Below are positions 15,549-22,941 of a stretch of DNA of 38,128 bases, one piece after another; positions within the stretch are counted from its first letter, which is position 1, and the number at the start of each line of letters is the position of its first letter. The translations under genes and the position numbers were made by a program. Under the pieces are notes generated by a model, which was given only the letters and a program-made list of their open reading frames with translations, had not been told where the DNA came from and did no database searches. The stretch is taken from the NCBI GenBank assembly GCA_016867095.1, contig VGKK01000002.1, positions 1-38,128 on the forward strand. The letters run 5' to 3'. Source of the DNA: Candidatus Omnitrophota bacterium. GTDB lineage: Bacteria; Omnitrophota; Gorgyraeia; Gygaellales; Profunditerraquicolaceae.

Positions 15549-17093
15549 ATGGATAAGAAAAAAATTGAAAAGGCAATCAGGGAGCTGCTCGGGGCTATCG
15601 GCGATGACCCCGGGCGTAAAGACCTGCAGGCAACCCCCCGGCGCGTGGCAGAGATGTATGAAGAGATATTTTCCGGCCTGCGCCAGGACCCGCGCAAGGA
15701 ATTAGAGGTTATTTTAGACCAGAAACACGACGAAATAATTTTATTAAAGGGCATTCCCCTGTATAGTTGCTGTGAGCACCATCTTTTACCGTTTATCGGT
15801 AAGGCGCACATCGCCTATATTCCTAAAAACGGCCGCGTCACCGGCTTAAGTAAGCTCGCCCGGGTGGTGGATATTTTAGCCAAGCGGCCGCAAATCCAGG
15901 AAAGATTAACCACGCAGATTGCCGAGATTATTATGTCCAAACTTAAACCGCAGGGTTGTATGGTGGTTATTGAAGCAGAACATATGTGTTATGATGATAA
16001 AACAGAAGTTTTAACGGCTGACGGTTGGAAATTATTTCAGAATCTAAAAGAGAGCGATAAAATAGCCCAAGTAGATTCGGTAACGAGAAACCTATCATTT
16101 ATAACACCAAAAAATCCCTTTTCATATAACTATAATGGTATGATGGTAGCAATTAAAAGCTTATCCGTAGATTTGTTAGTTACACCGGACCACAGGATTT
16201 ACTATTCTTCCGAATGGGATTTTTATAATGGCCATAATAATTGGCAGATATCCCAAGCCCAGGAATTAATGAAAAGATATATAATCATTCCAAGGGCATG
16301 TAATTGGATAGGCAGTAATCCTGGAAAAATACGAATTGGGAAATATACTATAGATTTTGAATATTTTGTGCAAATTTTTGGAATTTGGGTTAGCGAAGGA
16401 TGTACAACGCAGATAGATAAGAATAGAAGAAAGTTTGTAGTTGTTACTCAGAGTCCAAAATCAAAATATTTCCTAGATATTAAGAAACTATTTAGCAAAT
16501 TGAAAGTCAAATATATTCAGTGTAAGTCCGGAAAGGCAGTTCAATTCAGGATAGAGGATGACGATTTTTTTAATTATTTTAGACAATTTGGCAAGTCCGG
16601 AGATAAATACATACCCGACGTTATTAAAAATTCGACTCAGAAGTTTTTGAGGTTATTTTTAAGTTGGTATATAAAAGGCGACGGGCATATCAAAAAAAAT
16701 AAGGCAATACATTTTGTTTCTAAATCGCAGAGACTCATGGATGATTTGCAAGAAGTTTGTATTAAGCTAGGCATAGGTTGCACAAAGCAGAACAATAAAA
16801 ATTATTTCAGAATGGAGACTCACAGAACAAAATCTGGCAAAGATAAATGGTATTCAAGGTTGAGGCCTTGTAATTTTTCACTCAGAGAATATAAAGGAAA
16901 AGTCTTTTGCGTATCTGTGCCTAAAGGGCTAATTTTAGTAAGACGGAATGGAAAGGTAGCGATATCTGGAAATTGTATGTCTATGCGGGGGGTAAAAAAA
17001 CCGGGGACACTGACCATCACTTCGGCGGTAAGAGGGGTATTTAAGAAAAACGAGAAGACCCGCGCCGAGGCCCTGACCTTGATTAAGTCGTAA
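15549..17093 (+). CDS. folE: GTP cyclohydrolase I (FolE) precursor interrupted by an intein
   Basis: ATG at 15549 is preceded by ggaggtagggaggga. The exteins read [14 protein letters not shown]...[23 protein letters not shown]...MVVIEAEHM | [24 protein letters not shown].... Joined, they total 185 aa, which is normal FolE length. Confidence 0.9.
   Translation: MDKKKIEKAIRELLGAIGDDPGRKDLQATPRRVAEMYEEIFSGLRQDPRKELEVILDQKHDEIILLKGIPLYSCCEHHLLPFIGKAHIAYIPKNGRVTGLSKLARVVDILAKRPQIQERLTTQIAEIIMSKLKPQGCMVVIEAEHMCYDDKTEVLTADGWKLFQNLKESDKIAQVDSVTRNLSFITPKNPFSYNYNGMMVAIKSLSVDLLVTPDHRIYYSSEWDFYNGHNNWQISQAQELMKRYIIIPRACNWIGSNPGKIRIGKYTIDFEYFVQIFGIWVSEGCTTQIDKNRRKFVVVTQSPKSKYFLDIKKLFSKLKVKYIQCKSGKAVQFRIEDDDFFNYFRQFGKSGDKYIPDVIKNSTQKFLRLFLSWYIKGDGHIKKNKAIHFVSKSQRLMDDLQEVCIKLGIGCTKQNNKNYFRMETHRTKSGKDKWYSRLRPCNFSLREYKGKVFCVSVPKGLILVRRNGKVAISGNCMSMRGVKKPGTLTITSAVRGVFKKNEKTRAEALTLIKS
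15987..16973 (+). mobile_element. Intein (329 aa) with a LAGLIDADG homing-endonuclease domain
   Basis: Block A is [14 protein letters not shown] (Cys1) and block B is VTPDH. The two dodecapeptide motifs are [13 protein letters not shown] and [15 protein letters not shown]. The C-terminus is VFCVSVP...[14 protein letters not shown] followed by a +1 Cys. GC falls to ~27% (16/60 at 16081-16140) versus 58% (35/60 at 15841-15900) in the N-extein. Confidence 0.85.
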
Positions 17094-17111
17094 GTAAGAA
17101 AGGAATATGCG

Positions 17112-17996
17112 ATGAGGAAAGCCATTATATTATTTTTATTATTCATCTTTCTGCCGGGCTGCGCGACATATAAATTCCAATATGGCAGAAAGCCCTACGA
17201 GAAAGGATATGTTGTTTCCAGGGATGATTATGTGATTTTAGAATATACCGTCGGAAAAGATAAAAGCCTGCCGGATAAAATAGCATTGGCCCGCGACAGG
17301 TTTGAGCGCCGCCGCAAGGCCGTTGAGCACTATTATAAACAGATGGGCTATGTTGAGAACCATTTTAAGGCGTTGCTGTGGAATCCCTGCATTTATACCG
17401 TTAAGCTGGTAGGAGGCGCATTCCGCCTGCCCTTTATCATAGTTTCGGATTATCGCTACCAGCATAATCCTAAATACAAGGAGAAGATTGACGCACATGA
17501 CGCGCAAAAAGAGGCGCGGGAAGAAGCGCGTATGAGTAAAATCAGGGAAGAATTAAACGCCTATATTAATGAGGATGTTGCTGTTGAAACAAAAGCGCCG
17601 GCTGAAGCCGGAGTGACCCGGCCTAAAGCGAAAAAGCCGGTTATGCCCCGGCAGGAAAAACCCAAACGTTCGGCAGAGAAAAAAGCCACGGTTACTCGGG
17701 CCTCGTCCGCGGCTTTACCGGATGAGCCGGTGGCAATAATTATCGCCAAGCCTTCCCAGGGTCTTTCCCCTTTAAGGGTGCGTTTTTCCGGCAATAAATC
17801 TTACGCCGCAAAGAAAAGGATAGTTTCTTATTCTTGGGATTTTGGAGACGGGGAAACCTCGCAAAAAGTAAATCCTGTCAATACTTATTATAGTAGCACA
17901 TTCACGCCGAGATATTTTACCGTTACCTTAACTGTGCGAGACGAAAAAGGTAACAGCGCCACAGCCACGACGAAGATAGAAGTCTTAAATAAGTAA
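17112..17996 (+). CDS. Lipoprotein with a C-terminal PKD domain
   Basis: The signal peptide and lipobox are MRKAIILFLLFIFLPGC. A Lys/Pro-rich linker follows. The PKD-like segment is PLRVRFSGN..SYSWDFGDGETS...TVTLTVRDEKGNSATA. Confidence 0.75.
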   Translation: MRKAIILFLLFIFLPGCATYKFQYGRKPYEKGYVVSRDDYVILEYTVGKDKSLPDKIALARDRFERRRKAVEHYYKQMGYVENHFKALLWNPCIYTVKLVGGAFRLPFIIVSDYRYQHNPKYKEKIDAHDAQKEAREEARMSKIREELNAYINEDVAVETKAPAEAGVTRPKAKKPVMPRQEKPKRSAEKKATVTRASSAALPDEPVAIIIAKPSQGLSPLRVRFSGNKSYAAKKRIVSYSWDFGDGETSQKVNPVNTYYSSTFTPRYFTVTLTVRDEKGNSATATTKIEVLNK

Positions 17997-17997
17997 G

Positions 17998-19443
17998 ATG
18001 CGCGAGTTGCTTATCAGGATAAAAAATAATTATTTATTATTTCTCGTTTTATGGCTGGCAACCATAATTATTTTTGCCTATGCCTGGGTCCCCGGAGGCC
18101 TGGATGTAGATTCCTGTAATTACGCGGTAGTGGCAAAGGAAATCTTACATACGCAGCGCTGGTTAGGTTTATACGACCCCGTATATCAGGGGGTTTTTTA
18201 TTATCATTTCCCTCTGTGTATCTGGGTTACCGCCGGCTTATTTAAGCTTATCGGGGTATCTACTTTTAGCGCCAAGCTTTTTTCCATGCTTTGCGGCGTA
18301 GTTTTGGCCGGAGTGATATTTTATTTGGGCAGGTTATTGAAAAATCAGTGGGTAGGGTTTTTCGCGGCCGTAAGTTTTCTTTTTACCAACCATATCGTCC
18401 GCCTGGCCCGGCAGTGCCGGATGGATATACCGGTGAGCCTGTTTATCAGCTTGGCTGTTTTGAGTTTTATTCTGGCGCAAAGGCGTTCGCGCTGGTATTA
18501 TCTTTTGTTCGGGTTATTTACCAGCCTGGCGATATTGGCCAAAGATGTTTTTGGCCTGGCGCCCCTTGTTATTGTCTTTATATATTTGACCATTCGGCTG
18601 CGCTGGAAGGAATTTTTTCATCCCTTATTTATATTGGGCTTATTGGCGGCAGCAGGCCCGGTTCTTATCTGGCTTTGGCTTGATCACGGCGTCTTATTCC
18701 ATCCCTGGCTGAATTGGAATTTTCTTTATCTTTTAAACGCGCCGCATTTTACCGTGCCGTGGTATTATTATATCTGGGCGATTGTGACAAAATATTTTTA
18801 TTTTCTGCCTTTTGCCGTTTATGGCGCTTATCTATTGATTAAACAGGCGCGCTGGAATAAAAATTACGAGTTTTACCTGTTAATTATCTGGGCGTTGATT
18901 TTCCCTTTAGCTTTTTCTTTTGGGAGACAGAAACTGCACTATTTTATTTTAGCGATGTATCCGGCTACCTCGTTGCTGGCGGGCGCGGCATTTGACGATA
19001 TTTTTAAGGAGTCGGTGAAGTTCAAGATTGCCGCGGCGCTTAAATATCTCTTAATCTTCGCCACTATAGTGATGTTATGCCTGCCTTTGTCGCGCCAGAG
19101 TAAGCGTTTTATTGAATCTGTGCGCCTGGCCCCGGCCATAGACCAGCTATTAAAGCAGGCGCCCGGATACGAATTTATTAGCCATAAGCAGGACAACGCC
19201 TCTATTTTGTTCTATTCGCAGGAATTAAAGCGGGTTAGCGCAATCAACGATAGCGCCTTACTGGAAAAAGCCTTGACTTCTACCGCAGGCAGGCCGTATT
19301 TATGTTATCTGTCGGAACAGGATTTTCTCAAACTTACTCCGACGGCAAGGCAAAATAACCGCGTTATTTTGAAATATAAGGATAGAATAGTTATAACCGA
19401 TCGCAAAGATACCGGCTTAGTCGTTATCCTGCCGCCTGATTAG
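17998..19443 (+). CDS. GT39/ArnT-family membrane glycosyltransferase (PMT_2-like)
   Basis: 481 aa and polytopic. The N-terminal loop with DVDS.NYAVVAKE and the run of hydrophobic helices are typical of ArnT/PMT-type transferases. The start is 1 nt after the preceding stop codon. Confidence 0.7.
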   Translation: MRELLIRIKNNYLLFLVLWLATIIIFAYAWVPGGLDVDSCNYAVVAKEILHTQRWLGLYDPVYQGVFYYHFPLCIWVTAGLFKLIGVSTFSAKLFSMLCGVVLAGVIFYLGRLLKNQWVGFFAAVSFLFTNHIVRLARQCRMDIPVSLFISLAVLSFILAQRRSRWYYLLFGLFTSLAILAKDVFGLAPLVIVFIYLTIRLRWKEFFHPLFILGLLAAAGPVLIWLWLDHGVLFHPWLNWNFLYLLNAPHFTVPWYYYIWAIVTKYFYFLPFAVYGAYLLIKQARWNKNYEFYLLIIWALIFPLAFSFGRQKLHYFILAMYPATSLLAGAAFDDIFKESVKFKIAAALKYLLIFATIVMLCLPLSRQSKRFIESVRLAPAIDQLLKQAPGYEFISHKQDNASILFYSQELKRVSAINDSALLEKALTSTAGRPYLCYLSEQDFLKLTPTARQNNRVILKYKDRIVITDRKDTGLVVILPPD

Positions 19444-19457
19444 TAAATCCCCCCTTT

Positions 19458-19488
19458 CCTAAAAACTCATGCCTAAAAACTCATGCCT
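19458..19488. repeat. Tandem 14-mer (cctaaaaactcatg x2 plus cct) abutting a promoter -35 box
   Basis: The sequence cctaaaaactcatgcctaaaaactcatgcct lies immediately upstream of TTGACC. Confidence 0.8.
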
Positions 19489-19489
19489 C

Positions 19490-19518
19490 TTGACCGGGCG
19501 GTATCGATGTTATATAAT
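19490..19518 (+). promoter_or_regulatory. Strong sigma70-like promoter for the pilin-like gene
   Basis: TTGACC (19490-19495), a 17-nt spacer, then TATAAT (19513-19518), 30 nt upstream of the ATG at 19548. Confidence 0.55.
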
Positions 19519-19547
19519 TGGGGCAGTATAAATATGGGGCGAAAGAG

Positions 19548-19856
19548 ATGCCAATAAAAAGAGGCTTTACTTTAATTGAGATACTTTTAGTCTTGGTTAT
19601 TGTCGGAACTCTGGCAGCGATGACAATACCGCGGGTAATTTATTCGCGCACCGAGGCGCAAAAACAGGCCTGCAACGCTAATGTAGCGCTGCTTAATTGC
19701 CAGATTCAGCTTTATTATGAGCGGCAGAGGAGCTGGCCGGTAACCCTCACCGATTTAGTTAGCGAAGAATATGCCAGCGGTATCCCCACCTGCCCCTTTA
19801 ACGCGCCTTATAAATACAACCCGTCCTCGCACCGCGTCACCCCGCATAGCCATTAA
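19548..19856 (+). CDS. Type IV pilin / type II secretion pseudopilin-like protein (prepilin N-terminal methylation motif)
   Basis: MPIKRG|FTLIEILLVLVIVGTLAA is a class III signal peptide. The ATG at 19548 (RBS aaagag) is preferred over the TTG at 19518, which overlaps the -10 box. Confidence 0.8.
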   Translation: MPIKRGFTLIEILLVLVIVGTLAAMTIPRVIYSRTEAQKQACNANVALLNCQIQLYYERQRSWPVTLTDLVSEEYASGIPTCPFNAPYKYNPSSHRVTPHSH

Positions 19857-19899
19857 TATTATCCTATCCGCAGAAATTGTTTTTATTTCGGGGCAGAAG

Positions 19900-19908
19900 T
19901 GGTATAAT
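19900..19908 (+). promoter_or_regulatory. Extended -10 promoter element (TGgTATAAT)
   Basis: tggtataat lies 105 nt upstream of the LamG gene start. No good -35 box is present. Confidence 0.3.
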
Positions 19909-19959
19909 TAGATTAATTACAAGGAAACGGCAGGATGAGGAAAAAAGAGGTTAAATTTA

Positions 19960-19995
19960 AAGGCAACTCTCTAAAATAGAGGGTTGCCTTTTTTA
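19960..19995 (+). terminator. Intrinsic terminator / attenuator hairpin directly upstream of the LamG gene RBS
   Basis: aggcaactctcta-aaa-tagagggttgcct is followed by ttttttatt. The LamG RBS (aggaaggaggg) starts right after the T-tract. Confidence 0.55.
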
Positions 19996-20013
19996 TTAGG
20001 AAGGAGGGCAGGG

Positions 20014-21240
20014 ATGAGAAAAATAATTCTGGGAGTATTAGTCTTAGGGCTTTGTTTAATTAAGGCAAACCTTTATGCTGACGGAAACGATATTTATACA
20101 AAGTTACTACTGCATTTTAATGGGGTGAATGGTTCAACAAGTTTTGTGGACAGTTCTTTCAGCAGCCATTCCGTAACTCCTAATGGTGATGCTCAGATTG
20201 ATACGGCACAAAGTAAATTTGGAGGTGCCTCCGGATTATTTGATGGCAATGGGGATTTTTTAACTTTAGATGACCACGCGGACTGGGCTTTTGAAAACGG
20301 GGATTTTACAATTGATTTTTGGATGGAGTTTAAATCTTTGGCGCCGTCCCCCTACCTTTATTATCAACGCATAAATGACACTAATCGTTTTCAGGTAGAT
20401 ATTACCGCTACAAATCTTGTTCAGCTGAGCATAGTAAACAACGGGACAACTGTCGCCTTTTTAAGGGGGATTACGCCGTTGCAAGTCTATGCCTGGTATC
20501 ATTTCGCAATTGTCAGAAACGGAGATACGATTAGCTTGTATTTAAATGGAGTTTTAGAAAGTTCGGTCGCCAGCGCTTTAGCTTGCAATGATTTGCCCGC
20601 GCCTGTGTATATCGCAGGTTATGTGTTAGGCGGCGATTTTAACGGCTGGCTGGATGAGTTCAGGGTTTCTAAAGGCATAGCCCGCTGGAATTCTAATTTT
20701 ACCCCGCCCACAGAGGAATACGACACCGTTCCAAATACTCTGCCCTTAGCGCATGCAGGGCCAGATGTAGAGGCCTATGTTAATGAGGAAGTGTTTTTAG
20801 ATGGAAGGCAGTCCTATGACCCGGACGGACAAATTATCTCTTGGGTTTGGAGAAGTTTATCCGACCCGCAGAAATCCATAGTAGCTGAAGGCGAAACCGC
20901 TACAATTAATGCCCATGGCTACGCGGAGGAGCTAATTGAATTGACGGTTACGGATAATTATGGAGGCGCAAGCACAGATACAATGAAAATTACCAACCCT
21001 GGTATTCAGGGCCCTGTTGGCCCGCCGGGCATCACTCCGGAAGAAATTGCGGCCATGGAAGGGCAGATAAGCTTGTTAGAGCAACAAAATGTAATCCTGC
21101 AACAGCAGAATACGGCATTACAGCAGCAGAATGTAGAACAGCAGTTAAGATTAGAGCAAGATAGATACTTATTGCAACAACTTCCCCAATTGCATAAGAA
21201 GATAGAGGGATTAAAAGCGCAGGCCGTACAAACACCGTAG
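20014..21240 (+). CDS. Secreted LamG (concanavalin A-like lectin) domain protein with a PKD-like domain, a collagen-like GPxGPPG segment and a Q-rich coiled-coil tail
   Basis: The signal peptide is MRKIILGVLVLGLCLIKANLYA. The LamG pattern is LLLHFNG..GSTSF.DSS...FDGNGDFL...DFTIDFW...WYHFAIVRNGDT..LYLNG...G.LDEFRVSKG. The tail contains GPVGPPG and QQQN heptad-like repeats. Confidence 0.8.
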   Translation: MRKIILGVLVLGLCLIKANLYADGNDIYTKLLLHFNGVNGSTSFVDSSFSSHSVTPNGDAQIDTAQSKFGGASGLFDGNGDFLTLDDHADWAFENGDFTIDFWMEFKSLAPSPYLYYQRINDTNRFQVDITATNLVQLSIVNNGTTVAFLRGITPLQVYAWYHFAIVRNGDTISLYLNGVLESSVASALACNDLPAPVYIAGYVLGGDFNGWLDEFRVSKGIARWNSNFTPPTEEYDTVPNTLPLAHAGPDVEAYVNEEVFLDGRQSYDPDGQIISWVWRSLSDPQKSIVAEGETATINAHGYAEELIELTVTDNYGGASTDTMKITNPGIQGPVGPPGITPEEIAAMEGQISLLEQQNVILQQQNTALQQQNVEQQLRLEQDRYLLQQLPQLHKKIEGLKAQAVQTP

Positions 21241-21275
21241 GTGGACGATAACACGGCGTTCTTTTTGTAGTGAAA

Positions 21276-21296
21276 CTGGTGCCAAATTGGCACCAG
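21276..21296. repeat. Perfect palindrome P1 (ctggtgccaa-a-ttggcaccag)
   Basis: 10+1+10 perfect inverted repeat. Its core ggtgccaaNttggcacc is shared with P3 (32742-32768), and its outer arms aactggt/accagt are shared with P2 (32412-32438). Confidence 0.85.
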
Positions 21297-21438
21297 TAGC
21301 AGATGGCGCTTAGATCTCTCTATCCAAGCTCCGGTATTGTATTGCTTCTGACAAATGCTCCGAACTAACTTCTTAACTGTTTCCTTAATCTTTAATGAAT
21401 AAACTGTTGGCATTTGGGTATTACCAAGAAAATTCTTA

Positions 21439-21466
21439 TTGCAATATTACTTTTTCGTGGTATACT
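21439..21466 (+). promoter_or_regulatory. Candidate promoter for the second AAA+ ATPase gene (would give a near-leaderless mRNA)
   Basis: TTGCAA (21439-21444), a 16-nt spacer ending in TGg, then TATACT (21461-21466). The ATG at 21474 is only 7 nt downstream. Confidence 0.3.
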
Positions 21467-21473
21467 TTTATCA

Positions 21474-22637
21474 ATGATTAAACGCATTGATTTATATAAG
21501 AAAATACGGTTTGCATTTCGTTATGGGCGTATCGTCGCTCTATTAGGTCCTCGCCAGTGCGGAAAAACAACCCTCGCGCGCCAATTTATTTCCCCTGATT
21601 CCACGCATTATTTCGATCTTGAAGACCCTGTCGGTGCAGCGAAGCTTGCGGAACCCATGAATGTTTTATCTAAACTCAAAGGGGCAGTTGTCATTGACGA
21701 GATTCAACGTCAACCCAGTTTATTCCCTATTCTGCGCGTTCTTGCTGACCGTAAGCCTCTGCGGGCAAGATTCCTTATTTTGGGTAGCGCCTCTCCGGAA
21801 TTGATTAAACATTCTTCAGAATCTCTGGCGGGAAGACTAGCCCGCGTTACTATGGCAGGATTTACTCTTTCTGAAGTAGGATTATCGGTTTCCAGTCGGC
21901 TTTGGCTTCGCGGCGGTTTCCCTCGTTCATTCTTAGCAAAAACAGAAAAAGACAGCGTCAGCTGGAGGAAAGATTTTATCCAGAGTTTTGTAGAAAGGGA
22001 TCTGCCTGCGTACGGCATGACGCTACCGCCTCTTACGTTATCAAGGCTTTGGGTTATGGTAGCTCATTATCACGGACAACTTTTAAATTCAAGCGAAATA
22101 GCACGCTCTTTAGGAATCAATGAACTCACAGTAAAAAGATACTTGGATGTTTTAAGTGGTGTTTTCATGCTCAGGCAATTACAGCCTTGGCATGTGAATA
22201 TCAAGAAACGCCAGGTAAAGGCACCTAAGATTTATATCCGCGATACGGGTATTCTCCATAGCCTATTAGGCATACGTACTATGGATGACCTATTAGCCAA
22301 TCCAAAATATGGCGCATCATGGGAGGGATATGTTATTGAGCAAATCATCAATTTTGTTGAACCCGATGAGGTTTATTTCTGGGCCACACATAACGGCGCA
22401 GAGATTGATCTGGTATTTTCGAAAGGCGGGCGAATGTATGGCGTTGAATGCAAGCGAGCTGATGCTCCGCTTATGACGCCCTCTATGAGGATAGCGCTTA
22501 AGGACTTAAAACTGGCACGTATCGCCGTAATCTACCCAGGCAAACAGCGATATTTACTGCATAAGCAAATTGAAGTTGTGCCGTTTGAAGCGGTAGTTGA
22601 TGGCTTTAGCGGAATATTCCCCAAAACTACACGTTGA
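21474..22637 (+). CDS. AAA+ ATPase, COG1373 type (AAA_14 plus DUF4143-like), paralog of 9740-11254
   Basis: Walker A GPRQCGKTT, Walker B VVIDEIQR, and a C-terminal EIDLVF...YGVECK (D...ExK) pattern. The ATG at 21474 is preferred over the TTG at 21414. Confidence 0.8.
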   Translation: MIKRIDLYKKIRFAFRYGRIVALLGPRQCGKTTLARQFISPDSTHYFDLEDPVGAAKLAEPMNVLSKLKGAVVIDEIQRQPSLFPILRVLADRKPLRARFLILGSASPELIKHSSESLAGRLARVTMAGFTLSEVGLSVSSRLWLRGGFPRSFLAKTEKDSVSWRKDFIQSFVERDLPAYGMTLPPLTLSRLWVMVAHYHGQLLNSSEIARSLGINELTVKRYLDVLSGVFMLRQLQPWHVNIKKRQVKAPKIYIRDTGILHSLLGIRTMDDLLANPKYGASWEGYVIEQIINFVEPDEVYFWATHNGAEIDLVFSKGGRMYGVECKRADAPLMTPSMRIALKDLKLARIAVIYPGKQRYLLHKQIEVVPFEAVVDGFSGIFPKTTR

Positions 22638-22941
22638 TGGAGGTATAAATGGAGCAGAAGACGATTAAATAAATTATGTGATTTTATTTTTAAGAAAGCT
22701 ACTAAAGCAAAGTTCGTTATATTAGAAGATGCTTCGGCAATTCCTTTTATAAGAAAACATATTCCTGTTGAATGGAACCGGCGAGAAGGTTCTAAGGAAA
22801 CAATTTTTGGTACGAAGTAAAAGAATGGCAGGGGCGTCTTTAAACAGTGCTTCATACCAAAGACATACTTCTCCCTTTCCGAATACCAGAATACCAAATA
22901 TTCCAAACGCAACTAGTTATACCCAAAAACAGAAACCGTTT

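Noticed and set aside
18291-18683. 130-aa + strand ORF inside the GT39 gene, and similar nested same-strand ORFs (5558..5749, 9407..9646, 11406..11636, 11853..12137, 34677..34946, 35269..35466)
   Set aside because: They are alternative frames of well-supported genes. Their compositions are Arg/Gly/Pro-rich and they have no motifs.
21287-21302. TGGCAC in palindromes P1 and P3 as a sigma54 -24 element
   Set aside because: The required GC of the -12 element (TTGC) is not at the correct spacing (tggcac-cagta-gcag in P1, tggcac-ctcaa-gatg in P3).
21006-21413. 135-aa minus-strand ORF between the LamG gene and the second ATPase gene
   Set aside because: Its C-terminal two thirds is the reverse complement of the QQQN repeat of the LamG gene (Cys/Asn-rich nonsense). 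Only the first ~55 codons (21241-21413) are unique. Their faint resemblance to HicA or IS3 OrfA N-termini is too weak to call, and the perfect palindrome P1 lies inside them.
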